Assembly (NCBI GenBank): GCA_013239625.1
Contig: MU053319.1
Coordinates: 62,001 to 126,000 of the forward strand
Length of the DNA stretch: 64,000 nt
Direction of reading: 5' to 3'
Source: Lama guanicoe
Lineage: Eukaryota
The notes below the pieces were generated by a model. It saw only the letters and a program-made list of their open reading frames with translations. It had not been told where the DNA came from and ran no database searches. Shown one piece after another: positions 49,504 through 62,091 of the stretch (position 1 is the first letter of the stretch; every line of letters begins with the position of its first letter). Made by a program: the position numbers and the translations under genes.

Positions 49504-50040
49504 TTTTTTTTTTAATTGAAGTATAGTTGGTTTACAATGTTGTGTCAATTTCTTTTTCTTTTATTTTATTTTACTTTTTTAATTGAAGTATAGTCAGTTT
49601 ACAATGTTGTGTTTATTTCTGATGTACAGCATAGTGATTCAATTTTATACACAAATATATATATTCCTTTTTATATTCTTTTCCATTATAGGCTATTACA
49701 AGGTATTGAATATAGTTCCCTGTGCTGTACAGTAGGACCTTGGTTATCTGTTTTATATATGGTAGTTAATATCTACAAATCCTGAACTCCCAGTTTATCC
49801 CTCCCCACCCTCTTTCCCCCGCAGTAACCGTAAGTTTGTTTTCTATGTCTGTGAGTCTGTTTCTGTTTTGTAGATAAGTTCATTTGTATGTGTGTGGGGT
49901 TTTTTTTTAGATTCCACATATAAGTGACATCATATGGTATTTTTCCTTTTGGTTTACATCACTTAGTATGACAATCTCCAGGTCCATCCATGTTACTGCA
50001 GATGGCATTGTTTTATTCTTTTTTATAACTGAAAAGTCGT
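49504..50040 (-). mobile_element. L1 3' end with a duplicated terminal 50 bp
   Basis: ttaattgaagtatagt..gtttacaatgttgtgt occurs at about 49512 and about 49579; L1 UTR continues to ggtccatccatgttactgcagatggcatt. Confidence 0.9.
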
Positions 50041-50439
50041 ATAAATACACCATAACTTCTTCACCCAAAGTCACTCTATTTTGATTTTTTAAGTGCATTC
50101 TTTTCTTTAATGGGTGAAGCAGATGTACAATGGCATGTGTGATAGACAACAGACAGGCTGTTCCGGTTAGCCTAAAGTTCAAGTCAAATCATGTCTAAGC
50201 CAGACTGACTTCTTCATACCTTAATTTGTGATAATTTCTTCCATCAATTCTTACACATATATCAACTCGTCATCCTCACAAACTTGAATTCGTTCACCTA
50301 GGTGAAAGGTTTCTGTTATGTGACCTCTCAGATCGAATATTTACTTTCAAAAATCTTGAATTCCCACATATTAGCAACACATTCATTGTATAGAGAGGTT
50401 TATCATATGATGAACACCTGTATGAACACAAATATTACA

Positions 50440-50660
50440 GTAATAACAATTATTTTTAGAGTTCTTTTAAAGTGACCTTGTGTTTTTTACGTGCAGTATC
50501 TCATTTAATTATCATAAAAATCCTATGGAGTAGGTATTAGTACCCTCTTTTAACTTATAAGAAAACCAAGGCTCAAAACACATGGTAATTTCCCCAAGGT
50601 CACAACTGTAAAGTGACAAAGGAATTCAGTTCCAAATCTTTTCACACTAAAGCGTGTTGT
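50440..50660 (-). mobile_element. MIR SINE
   Basis: tatctcatttaat..cctatggagtaggtatta..aagaaaaccaaggctca..ccccaaggtcacaact. Confidence 0.8.
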
Positions 50661-51099
50661 CCCATTTTACCCTGCTCCCTCTAATTTTAGAGCCTAAACC
50701 AGTCCCCATTTAGAAAAACATGCTTTCAAATCAAATGAAATAGGAGGAAAAAACGCAATGAACAGCTTGAGAACAAAATCATACATAACTTGAGAATAAC
50801 CTCATAATTCACAAAACAAGTTTGCATCTGTTATTCTAATGTACCGCCTGTGCTTATAAAGGCATATTTTCATAATTTATTCATGCTGCTACATTACTTC
50901 TCTCAACATAAATCCCATGTAGACTGCTTTTACTTAGCAAATGTTTTCTAGTAAACCTGACACAGTTCCCTGCTAGCTGACACTGATCGGTAATGGACAA
51001 TCACAAAATTCCACTGCTGCCAAGCCTTAGAATGCTCTGCCCTGTTTAGGAGAAGTGCCTCATCCCAGTTCGAAAGGCACGTTTAAGGATGCTCTGAAA

Positions 51100-51610
51100 A
51101 AGACACGCCGCTCTGGGCGTGGAGGAGGTCCCCGGGGAACGGAAAAATAGGTGTGGAATGCAGAAATGATTGACATGAGTGTCTGACATGTCAGTTACAC
51201 CAGTAGGGAGAAATTCAACATTCCCCCAGGGACACTGCCACGGACGTGGTGCCCTGGACACGGGCTCCAAGGCAGATGTGCTTCAAGGAAAATTACTGTG
51301 GGCGCCGCCCAGGGGGGAGCTCCTGCGAAGCAGTGAAGCCAGCGGGGCGGGGCGGGGCATGGTGGAGGGCGGAGCTGAGCATCTGCGCAGGCGCGGGGAG
51401 GCCTCAGCCAGGCCCGCGGGAGCTGCGGAGCCAGGTGGCCCCTCCAGGGTGCCCACGGTGAGGCGACGGGACCAGGCCTCTGGACTCCTCGTCAGTGGGT
51501 CATTGAGCTCAGCTGGAGTCTGTGAGCAGCCCAAAGTCCCAGCCAGCAGCTGGCCCAACGAGGCCCTCGGTCACCGAAGAGGACTCCGCACGGCACCCAG
51601 GACACAGAGT
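51100..51610 (+). promoter_or_regulatory. Small CpG-island promoter (Sp1/NRF1 type) with a candidate first-exon donor
   Basis: Tandem GC boxes at 51344-51358 and 51367-51374; NRF1-like tgcgcaggcgc at 51384-51394; CTCF-like cgccgcccaggggggagc at 51303-51320; donor ACG|gtgagg at 51457/51458. Confidence 0.7.
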
Positions 51611-51684
51611 TGCGTTCTTTGTGGGTGGAAGAGATGTGTTCTTTCCAACCCTGTGCACATAGTGATAGCTTCCATTTTAGAAAA

Positions 51685-51825
51685 TCTGCTCTATGCTTTG
51701 CAACATGTATGTTATCACTTCATTTGATCATCAGAACGACCTCAAGTCATATTCTCCTCAACCCTGTTTTGCCGATGGGAAAAGTGAGACACAGAGACGG
51801 CAAATACCGACCCACAGTCAGACGA
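51685..51825 (-). mobile_element. MIR SINE fragment
   Basis: atcacttcatttgatcatcagaacgacc..gttttgccgatgggaaaagtgagacacagaga. Confidence 0.65.
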
Positions 51826-52934
51826 CCACGAACTTCCCCCCTGCTGTAGCAGGCGGCTGTCCTTTCGAGTTTGCTAAAGAGGTAGGGGTTTGTGGAAGGT
51901 CGACTCTCGCTCTCTCTTGTTGATGAAAGTATGACTCCTAAAATGTGACTTCCAAGACGTGCCTTTTTTTTTTTTTTTAAGCTTTCCTGTCTTCCATTGT
52001 AACCCCGATCCTGGATGTGGTTCCTGATGAGAAAGCAGGACACTCAATTTAGGTTAATTTATTGATATTTTTCTTTGCAATTAAAAAGAAAAAAGGTAAG
52101 AGTTTTTCCAAAGTTAATTCTCTTTTACAACTTAAATCAATCCTGGGGGATAACATATCAGTACATATTTTCTGCAATATCCTCATTGAGGCTAAAACAC
52201 AATATTTTATAGATGCAACATTTAATTCAAAACAACATAAGTGTCACCAGCAGGGGTACTTTTGATTTCTCCTACAAGGAAAATGTAGATATTAAAAGTT
52301 AGAGTTACGACAAATCATATAAAGATCACCAAGAAAAAAATAGATTTTATTTTGTATATGAATAAAAGCAGAAATTAACAGAGCACTTGATTTCAAAGGC
52401 ATAATCATTTTCTCATCATCAAGAAAATAGTTAAGAAACACTGTGAATCCTAGGACAAATTGAACACAAGATTATTTGAGATGAACAATTTGAGAAGAGC
52501 CTGTTGACCATGTGCTTCAGAATGTCCCCCTTCTCTTCCTGGAAAGCCCACAAGGTAAGATGGAAAATAAAAAGAGGACACACAAATTCCATTTTCAATG
52601 AAATTAAGGAAATATCTACCAAATCCAAAATACACATAAGGCACCAAGAAAGATCTGAGAATTAGCAAAAGTCATGCCCAAAATGTCGCAAAGACTGTCA
52701 AGGGGCCTGAGCCATAGCACGTTCCCAAAGCGGCAGCTCTACCCTGAAGAGGGGGTTCTTGCTACTACAACTCCAGTGGGGTCTGTTGTGAATAAGGCTG
52801 AGCTCAAACAGAGCTGAGAGGAAGCAAAGCAGAGACTCTGGGATCCCAGGGTCAGGAAAAAGGGGGAGAGGACCCAGCAGTAAATCCCAGCATTCACTAG
52901 CAACTATTTACTTGTTGAAGGTGAGGGACCTACC

Positions 52935-53480
52935 AATCCAACAATGGGCAAAGGATCAAAACAAGCAATTCTCCATTGAAGACATGCAAGTGGCCAACAG
53001 GCACATGAAAACATGCTCATATCACTAATTATCAGAGAAATGCAAATCAAAACTACAATGAGGTATCACCTCACACCAGTCAGAATGGCCATCATTCAAA
53101 AGTCCATGAATGACAAATGCTGGAGAGGCCATGGAGAAAAGGGAACCCTCCTACACTGCTGATGGGAATATACTTTGGTGCAGCCATTAAGGAAAACAGT
53201 TTTGAGGTTCCTCAAAAAACTAAAAATAAACTTGCCATATGATCCAGCAATCCCACTCCTGGGCATATATCCAGAGGGAACTCTAATTCAAAAGATACAT
53301 GCACCCAGTGTTCATAGCGGCACCTTATACGATAGCCAAGACAAGGAAGCAACCTAAATGTCCATCAACAAATGATTGGATAAAAAAGTTCTGGTATATT
53401 TATACAATGGAATACTACTCAGTGATAAAAAAAAGAATAATGTAATGCCATTTGCAGCAGCATACATAGACCTGGAGATC
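52935..53480 (+). mobile_element. L1 ORF2 C-terminal fragment (relatively young)
   Basis: atcagagaaatgcaaatcaaaactacaatgaggtatcacctcacaccagtcagaatggcc; peptide [21 protein letters not shown]. Confidence 0.93.
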
Positions 53481-53896
53481 TGTCTAAACTGGGGAAACTC
53501 AGTGATGGAAACAGAAGTCATGTAGAAATGTTCATTTCTGAGACTCAGCAGGTGTGCTGACCCAGAAGCCCTCCATCAGTATGGGTGAAGGGATCATTTG
53601 AATAGTGAGGTCTGGAAAGCGACTCTGACCCCATTTTACATATTGTGGTGAGCCCCAGCTGATAGTCCAGGAAAATTCAACTCCTTGCAAAGTGAGTAAG
53701 AACAAAAGAAATAAACACAGCATCCATACCAAAGTACAAGAAGAAAAAATATGAAGAAGTGGCAAAGCCTTCCCACAGATGAGGAAAATTCACCAGGAAA
53801 AAAAGTCACGTTTCCAAAAAGCATATGGAAATTGGAAGCTAATACTCTTAATGGAAAAGCATAACTATTAAAGATGATTCTAGAGTAGATATAAAA

Positions 53897-54422
53897 GACA
53901 TGGAAGCAACCTAAATGTCCATTGACAGAGGACTGGATAAAGAAGTTGTGGCATATCTATACAATGGAATACTACTGTGCCATAAAAAGAACAAAATCAT
54001 GCCATTTGGACTTAGGGATCATCACTCTAAGTGAAGTGAGCCAAAAAGAGAAAGAAAAATACCATAGGATATCACTTATATGAGGAATCTTAAAAAAAAA
54101 ATAGAAAGACACTATGAACTCACCTCCAAAACAGATCAGACTCGCTGACTTAGTAAACAATCTTACGGTTACTGGGGAAAGAGAGTGGGAAGGGATAAAT
54201 TCGGGAGTTTGAGATTTACAAATGTTAGCCACTATATATAAAAATAGATTTTTAAAAAGTTTCTTCTGTATAGCACAGGGAACAATGTTCAATATCTTGT
54301 AATAACCTTTAATAAAAAAGATATGAAAATGAATATATGTATGTATTTGCGTGACTGGGGCATTGTGCTGTCCACCAGAAACTGACACACTGTAATTGAC
54401 TATATTTCCATTTTTAAAAAAT
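53897..54422 (+). mobile_element. Camelid-type L1 3' end
   Basis: gacatggaagcaacctaaatgtccattgacag..acaatggaatactac..caccagaaactgacacactgtaattgac. Confidence 0.92.
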
Positions 54423-55015
54423 TCTAGAAAGATGGCCAAAGATCAGAGGATGATCCCCATAAAAAGAGGCTAAGAAACAGGAACTGATGCAATTTGGGAA
54501 AATAGAAGCAGACATCAAAACCATTATATTCAGAAAGGAAGACAAAAATATAAGGAACTCCCTAGACAGTGAGTCCCATGGAGATCCCAGTAAGAGACAC
54601 ATGGAAAGCTAGGAGAAAGAACAAAATGTGGTGGAAATGAAGGCAGAAATGGAGGGAGAGGATTGGTCCAAACAAAAAATACAGGTGACATGCAGAGGCA
54701 AGCCAGCGTAACTGGAGTTTCCTGAGAACAAAATCCAAAGCAAACAGGAATTGAGAATGTAATTCAAGAAAAGTTCCCCCAAATCAAAGAAGTTTCCATT
54801 CTTCATATTGAAATGGCCCCTTGTCTACAAAGGAAAACTAATCTAAAAGGTTCTCATTCATATTTTGTAAACACACTGAATTTTAGAGTTTATTTTAAAA
54901 AATGTGTTGGTCAGATATGCAAAAAGATTAATTCACGATAAACGTGATAAGCAAATAAATTGTATACTATATTACTAGGTGAGAAGTATGATGGAAATAA
55001 ATAGAGAAGGATGGA

Positions 55016-55155
55016 GGGGAGGGTACAGCTCAGTGGTAGAGTGCACTTAGCATGCACGAGGTCCTGAGTTCAATCCCCCACACCTCCATTAAAAAATAAT
55101 AAATACATAAATAAATAAACCTAATTATCTCCTTCCCCATCCCAAGAAATAATAA
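55016..55155 (+). mobile_element. Full-length Vic-1-type SINE
   Basis: ggggagggtacagctcagtggtagagtgcacttagcatgcacgaggtcctgagttcaatcccc..aaataaacctaatta. Confidence 0.93.
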
Positions 55156-55259
55156 TTTTTTAAAAGGAGAATGTAAGAAGTGGTCAAGGAATGATCCTGC
55201 TTTGAAAAGGGAGTTCAGAGTAGGCCTCATTTTTAGACATGATTAGGCAAAGATTAGTT

Positions 55260-58200
55260 AATCATTTCTTCAAATGAAACCCTGTTTTGAGATTCTCTAA
55301 AACAATTTCCAAAACCTAGAAATTAACTTTTCTTTTTTAAAATTTGGACTAATTATTGATTTCATAACTGACTTTGCTCTCCAAAGAATCAGCCCAGCAT
55401 TTTTAACATCTCTTCTATTATTCCAATATATTGATTCTCATTTTTTATGTCTATTTATTCTTTTCTCTCTTCAGATAAGTTTTGTTGTTTTCTTCTTGCC
55501 TCTTGTGAAAAGAGTTTTGTTGCTTTATTTTTATTCTAATATAAGAAAATAAGCTTTGAAAACTATGAATGTTTATCTGAGTAATTTTGGTTATATGTAA
55601 TGAGTTATGATACACAATGTACTAATTATTGTTATTCTCTGTTTTGTAATGGCAATCTGAGTTTTTATTACACCCAAAAGTCATTTAGAGAAAGTTTTTT
55701 TAATTGCCAAGATTCTGTGTTTATAGTTTAGTTATTAATTTCTGGTTTATTGCATTGTGGTCAGCAAAAAGGGTCTGGATTATTTTATATTTTATTCTTA
55801 TTGAACTATTCCTCATCATCTAAAATGTAGTACATTTCAGTGATTGGTACCTGGAAAGTTAAAATCAAAGGATATTCCTGTCAGTAGGAAATAGATTTCT
55901 ATGTGTGTGTGGGTGTATGGCTGCCGTATATATGATTAAGTTTTTGTGGGCCTATTTTATAGCTCCAATAGTCAGTGTAGTATTTATTAAATACAATGGT
56001 GTTTATTTTAATGTGTATTCTTTTTGATCAATAAAAGACTTTTCTTTAATAAAAGGACTCTCCTTTAATAAAAGAAAAAAGACTCTACTTGTTTCTAAGA
56101 AAAGAATTTAGCAAAGAAATAGCAAGTTAACAAGTGGATTAAAATGTGTTGGCAGAACTCACATATAAAAAAATATAGACCACACACACACAGTAAAGAC
56201 AAAACTGGAAGAAATAAAAAGAGACTAAACATTGGAAAAGACAATAAGGGATACTGAGAAATAAATAAAATGAAATGAAAATTTTTAAAATGTTTAAATT
56301 ACTGGGGATTAAATAATTGAAATATGTACAATCAAAAGAGAACCCACATTCACATAATTTGAGTTCTCTAGAAAAACAAAACCAGCTCTCCATAATTGCA
56401 AGTGCTCTAGGAAGTCAGGTGTCAGTGCATAGCGAGGTAATGAGGCAAGTCCAGGGCTGCATCTGTTTACCCAGCGTCTGTGCAGTCAACTGCTGTATTC
56501 CCTGTCTCATTCTTGAAGATATATTACAAAATCACTCTGTGTACAAAGGGAAAATACAGAGTGACTTCAGATTTCTCTGAAGTAACATTCTGTATCAGAA
56601 GGTAATTGACTAATATTTACAAAGTATTCAAGATAGAAAGTTTGAGCTTTGAAATTTATATCCAACAAAGCTCTGTCTTTGTTATGAACACTGTAGATAA
56701 ACTTTTCTGAACATGCAAGAGCTTTGGTAAAATTGTTCTCATGAGCTTTTCTTGAAGAAACTGCTGAGTGCTTAACTTTTGTCGACTAAAATACAGCTAG
56801 AGAAATCAGCAAAAAGGCTAGAAATGAGCATGTGATATTTAACTGCATAAATAAGAAATAATAGAGAGGAGTAAAAAAACTAATGAATTTTTTATGTAGA
56901 AACGATAAGATTTTTAAATTTCAGGACCAGAAGGGGAAAAAGTTGCAAAATAGAATGATTGCTATTTAATACATTTTAAAAGTTAGAAAGCAATAAAAAT
57001 ATCATTCAAAATAAAGTAATCAGAGTAATAGCATATTTAAGAATCAAAAAGGTAAACACTAGGAAAAAACATACTGTTGACTACAATAATGGGAGAAAAG
57101 GAGGGAAGAAGTCGAGGCAAATAGAAAACTTCCTAACTAATAAGAATCATGAAAACAAACAATAAATGAAAACAGACAATAAAGTAAGAGAATTTCAATT
57201 TAAAAAAAGCATAAAAAGAGAAAATATCCCATATGACAGAATTAAAACCCCACATAACGAAATGGAAATGAATTTAACTCACCTATTAAAGAAAAAATAC
57301 TCAGATTAGACCATAAGCTAAATAGCAACTCTCGGATGTTTGTAAGAGACACACAGATAAAATAGTGATCCTTTAAAGTTAAGAATAAAAGAATAAGCAA
57401 CTGTAAACAAACAAACAAAAATTAACGTTGCAATCAAAATATAAAACCACATGAATTTCAACCCAAGAGTATTAAACGTGGCAAAAAGGAAAGTTCCTGA
57501 TCCCAAAAGCAATAACTAATAATAAACATAGTACAATTATGAATGGCACATCAGAATATCAAATAAGAGCAAAAATGTTATGTCAGAAATTATAGATGTA
57601 AAGAGCGGCAGCAAGAAGTTTTTATTTCACGTCTTTCATTTTATCACATATTAAATTAGAGAAAATAAATGTCCATTGAAAACTCAAATAATATAATTAA
57701 TAAGGTCAATCTAATTGAGGTATGTGGATTTTGGTCACTGAAAATAAGACCACACCTTTTTCAAATGCCCACAGAATATGAGAGTCATTGATTACCTTGA
57801 AGGTTATAAAATATGATCAATAAAGTAGGTCTGGTTGATGAAGACTAACTCCGGCCAGAGGAGAAAACATTCACCAGTGCTTCTACAGTTTTACATGATA
57901 TCTAGAAACAGAATCAAAAATTACCAGACATGCTAAGACACAGAAGCAAATAACTTAAAAAGAAAAGAAAAAAAAAGAATAGTAACAGGTCCAAAGAGCA
58001 CTGAGATACTGGAGTTATTAGATGTGGAATTTAAATAAGTATATTAATACATTTGAACATAGATGTAAATGGGGAATTTTATTGCATAACTGGAATCTAT
58101 AATGAAAAATAAAAAAATAGTAGAAATTAAAAATAGTATCACTGAAAATAAGAATTCAACAGATTTAAACCCTTCGACATGGCCTAAACTAAGATTAGTG

Positions 58201-58296
58201 TAGCCTTAAGGTAGAAAATGTGCAAAAGATAAGATAACATATGGAGAAAGTTTTTGAAGTCCACGAAGTAGAGATGATGAGACAGAAGCAGCAAAC
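55260..58296. mobile_element. Long mosaic of ancient L1M fragments (minus strand about 55260-55900; plus-strand ORF1/ORF2-like about 56500-58296)
   Basis: ttattgcattgtggtcag; ttaactcacctattaaagaaaaaatactcagatt; caaaaattaccagacatgctaag; agatactggagttattaga; strong A-skew. Confidence 0.6.
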
Positions 58297-58308
58297 AGTG
58301 CTAGCCAA

Positions 58309-58889
58309 TGTCATCACTTATACGTGGAATCTAAGAAAATGGCACAAATGAATGTATTTACAAAACAGAAACAGACTGACAGACATAGAAAACAAACTTA
58401 TGGTTATCCCAGGGGAAGGGGATGGAGAGGGATAAATTGGGAGTTTGGGATTTGCAGACACTAATTATTATATATAAAATAGATAAACAATAAGAATATA
58501 TATATGTGTGTATATATATATGTATATATAAACTGAATCACTATGATGCACACCAGAAATCAACACATTATAACCAACTCTACTTCAATAAAATGTGTAC
58601 ATATATTTAAAAAGGAGTGCTAGCCAAGGCGGGGAGAGGGATGGGATCAACCTGGGAGGCCAAGATTTGCTAATATTAAATACTACATATAAAAATAGAA
58701 AAAAAAACCACATTTCTTCTGTGTAGCACAGGGGACTCTATTCAATAGCTTGTAATAACCTTTAATGAAAAAGAATATGAAAATGAATATATGTATGTCT
58801 ATGCATGACTGGGACATGATGCTGTGCACCAGAAATTGACACAGTGTAACTGATTATACTTCAATTAAAAAAAAAGAGAGAGAGAGAAT
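58309..58889 (+). mobile_element. Two consecutive L1 3' ends (about 58309-58615 and 58628-58889) inserted at one site in an older L1
   Basis: agtgctagccaa at 58297-58308 and 58616-58627; tagccaa again at 58890-58896. Confidence 0.85.
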
Positions 58890-59079
58890 TAGCCAAAATT
58901 TTTCAAAACTGATGACAGACATCAACCCAAAGTTTCAGGAAACTTTTCATACTTCAAGCAGAGAAAAACAAACAACAAAAAGAAAAAAAAAAAAAAAAGG
59001 GGGGGGGGGGGGGCGGGGGGGGGGACAGGGAGGCAGGAAGTCTGGCAGGCCGGCCACCCCTGGCCACCAGCATCCAGGG

Positions 59080-59255
59080 CTGACAGGTGGTGCGTGGGAG
59101 GGAGGAGGAGGGCGGTGTCTGGATGCTGTTCACGGTCTACATCTTGACCCAGGTGATGGTTACACAGGTATTTTTACTGTGTGAAAATTCATAGAGTCTA
59201 AGATTGGTGAATTTTACAGTATGTACGTGACATTTCAAGTTACAAGGTTAAAAAT
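59080..59255 (+). mobile_element. L1ME-like 3' end
   Basis: tctggatgctg..tctacatcttgacccaggtgatggttacacaggtat..gtgaaaattcatagag. Confidence 0.7.
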
Positions 59256-59289
59256 AACTCTAAATTTTTGTTTCTTATTTAGCAAGCAT

Positions 59290-59920
59290 GCCCCTCTCTG
59301 CCGCCTCCCCGCCCCCCGCACCGCGTCCTGCTGGTCACTGGGTCTCAGAAAGAGGATGAAGGGCCCTTTAGACGAGACAGGGTATGACATCATACAGGAA
59401 CAGAAAAGGAAAATCGGCCCCTTGTTGCTTAGCAACTTTCAGGGGGAAAAAAAAGAAAGACGGGAGTTAGGGGGCGTGGATACAGTGCATGTCCTTGTTT
59501 CGTCGTCTTTGGTGGACCTCCAAGGGGCGGTGTCCGGGAAAATACACCACCCTCTGTGTAGGGAGGCCGGGACCACCGGGAAGGCTGCCGACGCTGCGGC
59601 CTTCTCTCGGCGGTGGCCTGTGCACGCAGCCTAGACCCTCTAGGCGACGCCGCAGGCGGGATGCACGGTCACGTGGGGAGGTGAGCAGCGCTAGGCGGGG
59701 GGGGGGGGGGGGGGGCGCCGACAGAGGCTGTGCAGATGGATGGCCTGGGGGTCGCGGCCCCCCCACCCCGGCTCCCCGCGCGGTGCGTGCAGGGAACCCA
59801 CAACCGCCGCGCGCACCGGTGAGGGGGAATTGGGTGGAGGTGGGGAGCCTTGCATCAGCGGCATGGTCACACCCCAGTGCTCACTAGTGCAAAGAGTAGG
59901 ACCAGATCAGCGCTGCCCTT
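59290..59920. promoter_or_regulatory. CpG island, promoter-like
   Basis: Dense CpG and very high GC; SP/KLF boxes (gggggcgtgg about 59470, ggggcgg about 59524); E-box gtcacgtg at 59668-59675; donor GAG|gtgagc at 59680/59681; G19 run at 59697-59715. Confidence 0.75.
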
Positions 59921-60744
59921 CCACTACAGGGACAAAATAGCTCCCTTAGGTTTCCAGACTCCAATATGCAAAGGGGAGGAGGTTGGGTGCAACTGTAAAC
60001 ATCGAAACATTTTCCTAAGAGACTGAGCAGACCTAACGAGCTAAATCAGTCCCAATAAAGAAGTTAACTTTGAACAGACAACATTTAAACAGAAAGTGAT
60101 GCTGCGTGAACTGGCACGTAAAAAACATCAGATCACGGCAGGGAATAAAGATGCTACATGTTTTTAGCGTATCAGAGGATAGGACATCAATTGATGACTC
60201 CATGACATCAAAGAAACCAATTAAATAGCACATCCCATCTCACACCTTCGAAGCTAACAGAAATCTAGAAGAAGAAGAATTCCAAATGCTGTTTAAGTTA
60301 TGGTCACAATATTGCACTTATACACCAATGACCAAATAAACTGGAACATAATTTGGCAATAAAATTCATGAATTATAAGTAGATCCAATATAATATTTCT
60401 TTCCTAAGGAAATAGTTCATGAAAATCCATTATTTATAAAAGGAAATAAGAATAATATAAATGGCCAGGAATAGAAAATAATTTAATAAATTTTGGTATA
60501 TCAACTCTGTGGAATATTAGACAGCTATTATAATTGTAAAATTATTAAAAACAGCATAGGTATATGTAATCATTTAGTGGAAACATAAAATAAATAGAAT
60601 ATAAAATTATATGTTATAGAAACTTACAACCATATAAACATTCTGTATGCATTTGAAAAAATCTAGAATAACAATGGAAAACAATGGAGGGTGAGACGAT
60701 ACAAGATACAAGATAGTTTTCCTTTAAATATATATTGCTGTTGT

Positions 60745-60822
60745 ATGACAGAAACATGATGCTGTACACCAGAAATGGACACAACATCATAAACTGATTA
60801 TACTTCAATTAAAAAATAAAAA
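60745..60822 (+). mobile_element. L1 3' tail fragment within older L1ME sequence
   Basis: atgctgtacaccagaaatggacacaacatcataaactgattatacttcaattaaaaaa. Confidence 0.8.
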
Positions 60823-61069
60823 TCTTAGAAGGAAGTACACCAGATATGCATTGGTATCATTAATAAATAAATGCAATTTATTTTTAGGTGGCAAACAACA
60901 ATTTAAAAATAAAAATAAATGCAATCATATTGTCTTTGTAATACTATTGCACAATTTTAAATACAAAATAATGATCAATCACCTTCATTAGAAATCAGAC
61001 TCTGACGTTCTGCCTGGATTTCCTCTAATTCGCTGCCCTCTTTCCATGAAAGCAGCTGTCTGGTGTTGA

Positions 61070-61260
61070 TTGTTGGCTTCTGCTCTCATTAGCCACGAGA
61101 CTGTACACAAGTCACCTGCCGTCTCTCCGCCCCAGTGTCTTTCTCTATAAAGCAAGCTCAGTAGCAGCTTCTCAACACTGTGGCCGAGAGGGTTAGACCA
61201 CTTTTTATGTTAAAGCCCTTTTTCTAAGTCTCAGTCATTAGTTAGCCTTCTGAGAATTCA
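61070..61260 (+). mobile_element. MIR fragment
   Basis: tctgctctcattagc..gact..caagtcacct..tctctccgccccagtgtctttctctataaa. Confidence 0.5.
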
Positions 61261-62091
61261 CTGCGGTGGTTGTTTTCTTATCATTTTTATTGTTGTTTTT
61301 GTTTGTCGGATGATGGGAACAATAGATCATGGTCTGTGAACAAAGCGAGTTGCCAACGCTGAATGATTCTTGAATTCACTTCAGAATCGAATGGGAGAGT
61401 CTAAGGGTATCTGTCTTTTTGTTTTGATTCTTTTTGTTTCTTCGCAGCATAGTTAATATGTACAATCTTTTTTTGTTGCTACTGAATGGGTAATTTCAGG
61501 AGCAAACAAATTGAGTTATTTAGAATTAGAATTTCTTTCTTCTTACCAGAGTCTTAGAGCAAAATAAACACTGAGTCCAGTGCAGCTGACTGATGATGGT
61601 CAGAAAAAAAATGCTCAAGATCCGAACGTCCCACTTTGCAACATACATTGTATCTGTTGTCAAGCCAACTTGGTATCTTCGCCTTTGTGTACTTTAGCTA
61701 CATTGGCCAGGAGTCACAATGAGTGGTCTCTGAACATCTCATAGAGACTTTTAAGACCACAGTCAATCATTTCACTCTGGAACATGAAATTTTACAGGCT
61801 CTTTTACTCTCCAATCATCCAGTACTCCAATGTGTAGCGAAATAAAATGATACAGGAATTTACTTCTCAAGTATTTTTCTTTCTAATATATTCTTTAAGT
61901 GAGAAAAATGAACACCCCAGATAATAATTATTTGGATTAAAAATAATTAAAATCTATTCTGGTCTTCCTCTTCCCTTCTCTAAATCTTGCTTCCCTCTCT
62001 TAACCTTCACTCATGTCTATTTTTCTCTATCTCATTGCCTTTCTTCCCATGGGAATTCTTTTAGGCTCTGAGCACATAGATGGGAGTGAGC

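Noticed and set aside
51179..51727. 182-aa ORF, the longest in the track
   Set aside because: It spans a GC-rich promoter where stop codons are rare and runs into a MIR; no recognisable domain, and overlapping ORFs occur on both strands
1284..54439. Recurrent hydrophobic peptides (..FIFIFFFIKGYYKILNIVPCAIQKK..) resembling a small membrane-protein family
   Set aside because: All are antisense translations of the same L1 3' UTR
55016..55090. tRNA-like sequences here and at about 4000, 30260, 33750, 39010 and 40430
   Set aside because: They carry SINE bodies, A-rich tails and substitutions, so they are SINE heads rather than functional tRNA genes
59221..59940. Overlapping Arg/Gly/Pro-rich ORFs of 66-137 aa
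   Set aside because: By-product of CpG-island composition and the G19 run
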